A stretch of 64,000 nt of DNA from Escherichia coli (GTDB taxonomy: Bacteria; Pseudomonadota; Gammaproteobacteria; Enterobacterales; Enterobacteriaceae). The DNA is taken from assembly GCF_002854065.1 (NCBI RefSeq), contig NZ_CP024152.1. The stretch is one strand, 5' to 3'. Positions 58,273 through 64,000 of this stretch are shown here, one piece after another. Position numbers and translations under genes: made by a program. The notes under the pieces were generated by a model. That model made no database searches. It had not been told where the DNA came from and was given only the letters and a program-made list of their open reading frames with translations. Every line of letters starts with the position of its first letter. Position 1 is the first letter of the stretch.

Positions 58273-58917
58273 TTACTGTTTGTTATTTTCAATCAGATGA
58301 TTGATTTCTTCGATCAGGGCAATAACTTCCTTACCTCCTGCCGAATAGCGCCCATGAACAGACTCTGTGATTCCCATCCCAGTCTCAATGACATCCTCAA
58401 ATTCTGCACGAGCAGAAATGCGGCTCTTCATCAGCTTCAGATGTTTGAACGATGGCAGGATTGCATCAAGCTTAGGGAATTTCTTCTTGTTAGGATTAAC
58501 TTTACAGAGATACAGGTGAGCAGTTATATCGGTCCCCATGATAGAGCTGATTTCGTCCAGTACTCCATCAAAATGCATCAGACCAATACGTTCAGTCAGG
58601 GAGTCTTTTGAAGGAACAATAACGCAGTCTGCAAAGGCAATCGCAGTACGGGTAAGATCTGAGTCAAATCCCCCACAGTCAATAAGTAACGTCTTATCGC
58701 TGTTCTTGTAGGGAGTCATAATTTCGATTAACTCATCCACTGTTTTGGGTACTTTCACGGAAATTTCTTTTCCTTCAGGTCTCAGCCCCAGAATGATAGA
58801 AAGCCCGGTATGAGTATCCAGATCAACTGTATCAGACTTCATTTCACCAACAATGTTTACGGATGAAGTTGTCTTACCCACACCACCTTTGGGATGCGTA
58901 TTAGCAATAACAGGCAT
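58273..58917 (-). CDS. parA: ParA-family Walker-type partition ATPase (214 aa)
   Basis: Deviant Walker A KGGVGKTT; ATG at 58917 with GGAGA RBS. Confidence 0.75.
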   Translation of the reverse strand: MPVIANTHPKGGVGKTTSSVNIVGEMKSDTVDLDTHTGLSIILGLRPEGKEISVKVPKTVDELIEIMTPYKNSDKTLLIDCGGFDSDLTRTAIAFADCVIVPSKDSLTERIGLMHFDGVLDEISSIMGTDITAHLYLCKVNPNKKKFPKLDAILPSFKHLKLMKSRISARAEFEDVIETGMGITESVHGRYSAGGKEVIALIEEINHLIENNKQ

Positions 58918-58959
58918 AGTGTATCTCCAGAATCCACATGTAATACCCATAAAGACCCC

Positions 58960-59096
58960 ATAAGACACCTTTCGGATATCCAAGAGGTACTCAATAGATG
59001 TTTTTTTACTCTATACCGGTCCTGCATGTCAACAGAATATGAAATACCGATAATATATCCATGAGATATCCGAAAGGGATTTAAAAAAGTCAGAGC
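58960..59096. repeat. Iteron cluster upstream of parA (putative centromere/operator)
   Basis: CGGATATCC (58973-58981), ATATATCC (59053-59060) and GAGATATCCGAAAGG (59063-59077). Confidence 0.4.
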
Positions 59097-59876
59097 TTAT
59101 GGAATTCTTTTGAGCATAGACACCGCATCGGACTCAGGCATCGAAAACTGCACCCGGTGCCGTGCAGCCACATCCAGTGCAAACACCTTCGTGTAGACCT
59201 CCGTTGAGCTGATGGACTTATGCCCCATCAGACTCTGCAGGACCTTCAGCGGTATACCGGCATACAGCATATGCATCGCATAGGAATGGCGGAACGTATG
59301 TGGCGTGACCGGGACAGAGAACGTCACACCATCAGCGGCAGCGGCGGCAACCGCCTCCCCAATCCAGGTCCTGACCGTTCTGTCCGTCACTTCCCAGATC
59401 CGCGCTTTCTCTGTCCTGCCTGTTCGTTTATTACGCCGTTCCATGGGGATTTTCAGTGTGGCCACCATCGTCTGCAGCTGGCTGACGTACCAGGCGTCGG
59501 AGAGCGGAACCAGACGGTGAGTCTGCTGACCGGCGGGCATCCTTCCTGCCGTCCTGGCGGCTTTTTCTGTCCGCTGCTTCAGAGTGGCCAGTTGCACAAA
59601 CGGATACGGAGACGTGAGCGAAAAATCCCCCCGCGTCAGCGCCAGTGCTTCATTAATGCGCGCACCGGTGTTCCACAGTGTGGCCAGCAGCATTTTGCGG
59701 CGCAGATCCGGCACGTAATGGAGCAGGGCGCTCACTTCAGGGGCCAGCAGGTATTTTGGCAGTTCATCATGAACCATCGACATCTGGCGGAGTGCCAGCG
59801 CTGCCGGATAATCGATGGCAACAGGAAGCTGAGCGGCATCCCGGGCATGGTGGATCGGTGACGGCAGGTGCTGCAT
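59097..59876 (-). CDS. Tyrosine site-specific recombinase, probable multimer resolvase (259 aa)
   Basis: Catalytic motifs HTFRHSYA and LGHKSISSTEVYT (R...H-x-x-R...Y); ATG at 59876. Confidence 0.75.
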   Translation of the reverse strand: MQHLPSPIHHARDAAQLPVAIDYPAALALRQMSMVHDELPKYLLAPEVSALLHYVPDLRRKMLLATLWNTGARINEALALTRGDFSLTSPYPFVQLATLKQRTEKAARTAGRMPAGQQTHRLVPLSDAWYVSQLQTMVATLKIPMERRNKRTGRTEKARIWEVTDRTVRTWIGEAVAAAAADGVTFSVPVTPHTFRHSYAMHMLYAGIPLKVLQSLMGHKSISSTEVYTKVFALDVAARHRVQFSMPESDAVSMLKRIP

Positions 59877-59877
59877 A

Positions 59878-60291
59878 TCAGTGTTCACTCCACGGGGAAA
59901 CGTCGGGCAGTTTTTCCACAACACGGTACTTTCCCGGATAACGGAGCTGGTTACCGCCACGCGTCCAGACGGTGACAACAAAACCCCCTCCCTGGTTGTT
60001 TTCGGGGAGCAGGCGATCGCACTGCTCACTCAGCATGTGGATCACAAACGGCGCATCGCTGCCGTCTTCAAATACCAGTTCCAGCGCATCGCGGCCATTC
60101 AGCGTTCCCTTACTGATGATGACGTACTCAGCCCCCCGCATCTCCCTGAGTAAATGTTTTGCCGCATCCGGGACAAGCAGCCTGGCTGCGCCGGCATTCC
60201 AGCTGAGGTAGACATATCCGGCCTGCGCCTGTACAGACTGCCAGTAATCCGTTCTGGCGACAGCCTGACCTTCATTCTCAATAAAAAACAT
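59878..60291 (-). CDS. Hypothetical protein coupled to the resolvase gene (137 aa)
   Basis: AAGGAG RBS before the ATG at 60291; its stop overlaps the resolvase start (TGATATG). Confidence 0.45.
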   Translation of the reverse strand: MFFIENEGQAVARTDYWQSVQAQAGYVYLSWNAGAARLLVPDAAKHLLREMRGAEYVIISKGTLNGRDALELVFEDGSDAPFVIHMLSEQCDRLLPENNQGGGFVVTVWTRGGNQLRYPGKYRVVEKLPDVSPWSEH

Positions 60292-60859
60292 GGGTGACTC
60301 CTTTTTTCTTTTCCGGGCAGGGACGGTCATGCGATAACGTCATCCATCATCACTGCCCTTACCGTCACGCCGTCAGATAACATCATGCCGTTATCATCAT
60401 CACCATGATAACAAGCATCCATATAACCACGCCGTTAAATTACCGGAGAGCCGTTTCCGTCAGATCCGACTTTCCGAAATATCACAACTTTCCGGAAGTG
60501 TACCACGCTGAGAAAATCATCATATCGCTGTTTTCCGCCCCTGCGCGGCGCATCACAGGTCAGGGAGATGACACAACATATAGTGTCATCAGCAGCTGAA
60601 TTCAGCACTACATGTTGTGCTGACAGGAGGTGGCGTTATGTGGGGGAAGAGGAAGATCCGTCTCCGCCGGAAACCGGATCTGCGCGACGGGAAACGGGCA
60701 AGTGATATGATAATTGAGCAATACACACAAAATCATATCAGATATGATTTTCATCATTGATGATAAAACCATATATGATATTATCAGAAATCAGGAGCAC
60801 ACAAATCATGCGGGATATTATTTTTACCTGTCAGAACATTATCAGATGGAGCGTGCAGG

Positions 60860-61114
60860 ATGGATGAAGAAAGGGTGTTTTCACTCAGCTATGAGCAACT
60901 AACCCGAATAGCGGAAAAAAATATCCGTGAATGTGGGCTGGACAACCAGAGCGCCAGGTGTATCAGTGAACTGAAGGCCTCAGCTCTGCTGTGGTTGTGG
61001 TATGAACTGGCCATTCATGGTGCGCCACAGAACAATCACGCACAGGCCCGGGAACGCATCGATACCGATTATCAGCGCCTCAAAAAACTCATCTGGTCGG
61101 AGGGTGACAGTTAA
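60860..61114 (+). CDS. Hypothetical protein (84 aa)
   Basis: ORF translationally coupled (TAATG) to the downstream 196-aa gene. Confidence 0.35.
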   Translation: MDEERVFSLSYEQLTRIAEKNIRECGLDNQSARCISELKASALLWLWYELAIHGAPQNNHAQARERIDTDYQRLKKLIWSEGDS

Positions 61115-61704
61115 TGACTCAGAGCCGCCGACCGTCGCCACTGCAGCGGAGAGTGCTGATTGTGCTGGCTGCGCTTGATGAAAAACGGCCGGGCCCCGTG
61201 CTGACGCGGGACCTGGAACGGGTGCTGGAGCGAAGCGGGGAAGCCCCGGTCTACGGGCCAAACCTGCGCGCCTCCTGCCGTCGTCTGGAGGATGCCGGCT
61301 GGCTGCGTACCCTGCGCGCCCCGAACCTGCAGCTGGCAGTGGAGCTGACGGACGCCGGCCGGGCCGTGGCACAGCCTCTGCTGCTGGCAGAACAGGACCG
61401 CCTCCGGGCAGAACAGCGTGCGGCAGAAGTCGTCGTACTGCCGCTGGTCCCGGCAGCAGGTCTGCCCGCAGACGGCACTTCTGCCACTGATCTGGCGGTG
61501 GAGCTGAACGGCATAACGTATCAGGCCTGCCGCGGGGATTTTGTGGTGCGTCTCGACGGCAGCACCTGTCTGCAGTTATGGAATAAAGAAGGCAGGGTGG
61601 TACGCCGGGAGGGCGATCCGCTGGAAGTGGCGCAGTGGCTGCAGGCCTGTCATGACGCAGGAATAGAGGTTCGCGTACAGATAAATGAAAGTGCCGCTCC
61701 GTAA
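61114..61704 (+). CDS. GC-rich hypothetical protein with winged-helix-like N-terminus (196 aa)
   Basis: GGAGGG RBS; N-terminal RRVLIVLAALDEKRPGPVLTRDLERVLERSG resembles a wHTH; about 65% GC versus neighbours. Confidence 0.45.
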   Translation: MTQSRRPSPLQRRVLIVLAALDEKRPGPVLTRDLERVLERSGEAPVYGPNLRASCRRLEDAGWLRTLRAPNLQLAVELTDAGRAVAQPLLLAEQDRLRAEQRAAEVVVLPLVPAAGLPADGTSATDLAVELNGITYQACRGDFVVRLDGSTCLQLWNKEGRVVRREGDPLEVAQWLQACHDAGIEVRVQINESAAP

Positions 61705-61723
61705 GAACACGCCTGTGCACGGT

Positions 61724-62071
61724 TTACACATCATCCCATGGTGGCAGCCGGTTAACTTTCCTGCGCCACCAGTGGAAAGAGGCCATGCACAGTCCGAACA
61801 AAAAACCACCCGTGATACTTATAATAATGGCCTCACCTGCCACCATTCCTGACGGCCCCCAGTAGGTAAACCACATTACACATCCCCAGGAAATGCCCCA
61901 TAAGCCCCCCGTCAGCACCGTGACCTGCCAGAACGGCATAAAGGGTAATGGCGGAAGCCGGATACCCAGCCGCCATAGAATACGCAGAAGAGGAGGGGCA
62001 TAATTGCTCCGCCACATCTTTTTGCTGTCCATCAGGGCAATGGCCCGGGCTTTTTTCTGCTCAAAGGTCAC
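61724..62071 (-). CDS. Hypothetical integral membrane protein (115 aa)
   Basis: Three predicted TM helices, Trp-rich; adjacent to the colicin immunity gene. Confidence 0.4.
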   Translation of the reverse strand: MTFEQKKARAIALMDSKKMWRSNYAPPLLRILWRLGIRLPPLPFMPFWQVTVLTGGLWGISWGCVMWFTYWGPSGMVAGEAIIISITGGFLFGLCMASFHWWRRKVNRLPPWDDV

Positions 62072-62199
62072 AGGAGCACCTCCGTTCCATGATGTAAACG
62101 TGACACAGCTTATTGTTATTGATTATTATTATCATGCTGTGGTTATGTTGTCATGCATCAGTACACTGACAAAAGTGCAAAAGAAAGGAAAACTGGCAG

Positions 62200-62535
62200 A
62201 TGAACAGAAAATATTATTTTAATAATATGTGGTGGGGATGGGTGACGGGGGGATATATGCTGTATATGTCATGGGATTATGAGTTTAAATACAGATTACT
62301 GTTCTGGTGTATTTCTCTCTGCGGAATGGTTTTGTATCCGGTTGCAAAATGGTATATTGAAGATACAGCTCTGAAATTTACCCGGCCTGATTTCTGGAAC
62401 AGCGGTTTTTTTGCTGATACACCTGGAAAAATGGGGTTGCTTGCGGTTTATACGGGTACTGTTTTCATATTATCTCTTCCGTTAAGTATGATATATATTC
62501 TTTCTGTTATTATAAAAAGGCTGTCTGTAAGATAG
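62200..62535 (+). CDS. Colicin Ia/Ib-type immunity protein (111 aa)
   Basis: Starts MNRKYYFNNMWWGW; polytopic membrane protein convergent with the colicin gene; 111 aa fits colicin Ia immunity better than Ib. Confidence 0.7.
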   Translation: MNRKYYFNNMWWGWVTGGYMLYMSWDYEFKYRLLFWCISLCGMVLYPVAKWYIEDTALKFTRPDFWNSGFFADTPGKMGLLAVYTGTVFILSLPLSMIYILSVIIKRLSVR

Positions 62536-62556
62536 ACAGCCTGTCTTATATTTTAT
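62519..62556. terminator. Bidirectional terminator between the immunity and colicin genes
   Basis: GGCTGTCTG-TAAGATA-GACAGCC hairpin with T-rich flanks. Confidence 0.5.
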
Positions 62557-64000
62557 TTAAATACCCCAGAACTTATTCGCTTTTTCCACAAGCGATTCAT
62601 CAATCAGCGCACCGGTGACAGCCATCAGTAAACCATACCCGATAATGCCTAAAGCGCTTCCGGTAAGAATACTGAAGACCAGTGCCACAAGAGCCGTTGC
62701 GGCATTGCCTGCTATGATGGTTTCTGTTTTAACAAAAAGAGGACGCCAGTTCTCTGTCCGGACAGCCTTACCAAACTCAGTGATCCAGTCAGCAAGACTT
62801 GTAAATTTTCCTGCATATCCCAGTCCCCGACTGAATCTGTTCAGATTAGACGATATATCAGACAGCTTCACAGACTCAAGGGCTGCGGCAATCGCTGCAC
62901 GATCTTTTGCATTAATTTTTTTGTTAATGTCAGCCCGGTACTTTTCATACGTTTTTAATGCCTCTTCAACATTACGTATTTTCTTCCCTTTAGCCTGCCC
63001 GGCCATCTCTCTGGCTAACTGCTCAGCTTTTGCACCATATTTTTCTGAAACTGATTTCAGGAACTCTGTTGTGAAATTAATTGCGTCTTTCGTTGCCTTC
63101 AGTTCATCCTGTTTTCTTTTCTCTTCCGCTATCTTCTGATTGATGCCGGAAAGCTGGTTACGGATATTCTCTTTTTCCTTCAACAGGGCATTAAGAGCGT
63201 CATTTGCATGCTTTTGCTCATTTGTTCTGGCACTGAGGTTATTTCTCGCCGAATTTACCGCAGATTCAGCAGAGGTGATTTTATTTCTGGCATCAAGCAA
63301 TCTTTGCCGTAACTTATCCCATTCAGCAACTTCAGCATTATAAATTTTCTTGTCACCTTCCACATCCTCTGTCACCACCGGATTCCGGTCATTCAGAATA
63401 TTGCGTTTATAGTCCAGACCGGAATGGCTCAGAAGATAATTCAGGTTTGCACGGTTATCGATGACTGCGCTGGTTGTGATTTTTATCGTACCGGCAAATC
63501 TCGGATCACCGCTCACAACAATAGAATGATTTGTTGATGAACGCCCCGGGAATTTTTCAGGGGAAACTATCGTTTTGCCGTCAGGCGTGTTTTTCTGTTG
63601 CGTCAGCTGTTGTTCAGCTCTGGTTAATGCATTACGGGCCGTGTTAAGCGATTCCGTCACTGAACTGAGTTTATTCCGGGCCTCTGAAATGGCCCTGTCA
63701 TTCCGTGTCTGCTGCCCGAGCAGACGGGCCTGTTGTGCATCAAGAACGGCAAGGGCTGCCCCGCCATTTTTTTCCAGCTCTGACAACCGGGTGTCCAGAA
63801 TACCTTTTCTGCGCTCGTATTCAGCAAGCATATCAGCGGCCTTCTTGTCTGCGTTCTGCGCATCCTTCTGCCGTTTTTCAGCCTGTTCGATTAACGACCT
63901 GGCCTCCCGGGGAGATATACGAAGAGAATCAGCATCAGCAAACAGCATCCGGCTCTCTGTATGCAGCCGGAGGGCGTCATATCCGGCGATTTCAGTACGG
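62557..64000 (-). CDS. cia: Pore-forming colicin Ia/Ib, C-terminal ~480 aa (5-prime end beyond the window)
   Basis: Ends ...ALVALVFSILTGSALGIIGYGLLMAVTGALIDESLVEKANKFWGI (channel-forming hairpin); the reading frame stays open to the window edge. Ia versus Ib not resolved. Confidence 0.7.
   Translation of the reverse strand, partial: RTEIAGYDALRLHTESRMLFADADSLRISPREARSLIEQAEKRQKDAQNADKKAADMLAEYERRKGILDTRLSELEKNGGAALAVLDAQQARLLGQQTRNDRAISEARNKLSSVTESLNTARNALTRAEQQLTQQKNTPDGKTIVSPEKFPGRSSTNHSIVVSGDPRFAGTIKITTSAVIDNRANLNYLLSHSGLDYKRNILNDRNPVVTEDVEGDKKIYNAEVAEWDKLRQRLLDARNKITSAESAVNSARNNLSARTNEQKHANDALNALLKEKENIRNQLSGINQKIAEEKRKQDELKATKDAINFTTEFLKSVSEKYGAKAEQLAREMAGQAKGKKIRNVEEALKTYEKYRADINKKINAKDRAAIAAALESVKLSDISSNLNRFSRGLGYAGKFTSLADWITEFGKAVRTENWRPLFVKTETIIAGNAATALVALVFSILTGSALGIIGYGLLMAVTGALIDESLVEKANKFWGI

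Noticed and set aside
60980-61720. 246-aa Pro/Arg-rich minus-strand ORF
   Set aside because: Antisense to the GC-rich 61114-61704 gene; low-complexity composition typical of spurious ORFs in GC-rich DNA.

Overview
This window reads as a contiguous segment of an IncI1-type conjugative plasmid (R64 / ColIb-P9-like backbone). No tRNA, rRNA, CRISPR array or IS element was detected. All names are assigned from motifs, gene order and remembered R64/ColIb-P9 organisation; no database search was run. Left to right: the last shufflon repeat and rci (5-1228); the type IVB transfer block traE-traK, nuc, sog primase, traL-traY and excA (1379-26242); an AT-rich accessory gap holding pndCA and several orphan small genes (26243-29640); trbABC, nikB, nikA and oriT (29642-37420); then the leading region (37500-54000) with ardA, psiA/psiB, a ParB-like protein, ssb, a KlcA/ArdB-like gene, an orphan methyltransferase and many unknown genes, all on the minus strand and punctuated by five long structured repeats that look like single-strand promoters. 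Beyond that lie an SOS-boxed impCAB operon carrying two homopolymer frameshifts, two partition systems, a resolvase, and a colicin Ia/Ib gene with its immunity gene, cut by the window end. The most interesting candidates are a DinQ/TisB-like type I toxin with a putative antisense sRNA (27096-27537), an Rpn-family nuclease with an intragenic and a second standalone small-protein copy of its own C-terminus (39282-40860), and a low-GC TraE paralog (28438-29424).
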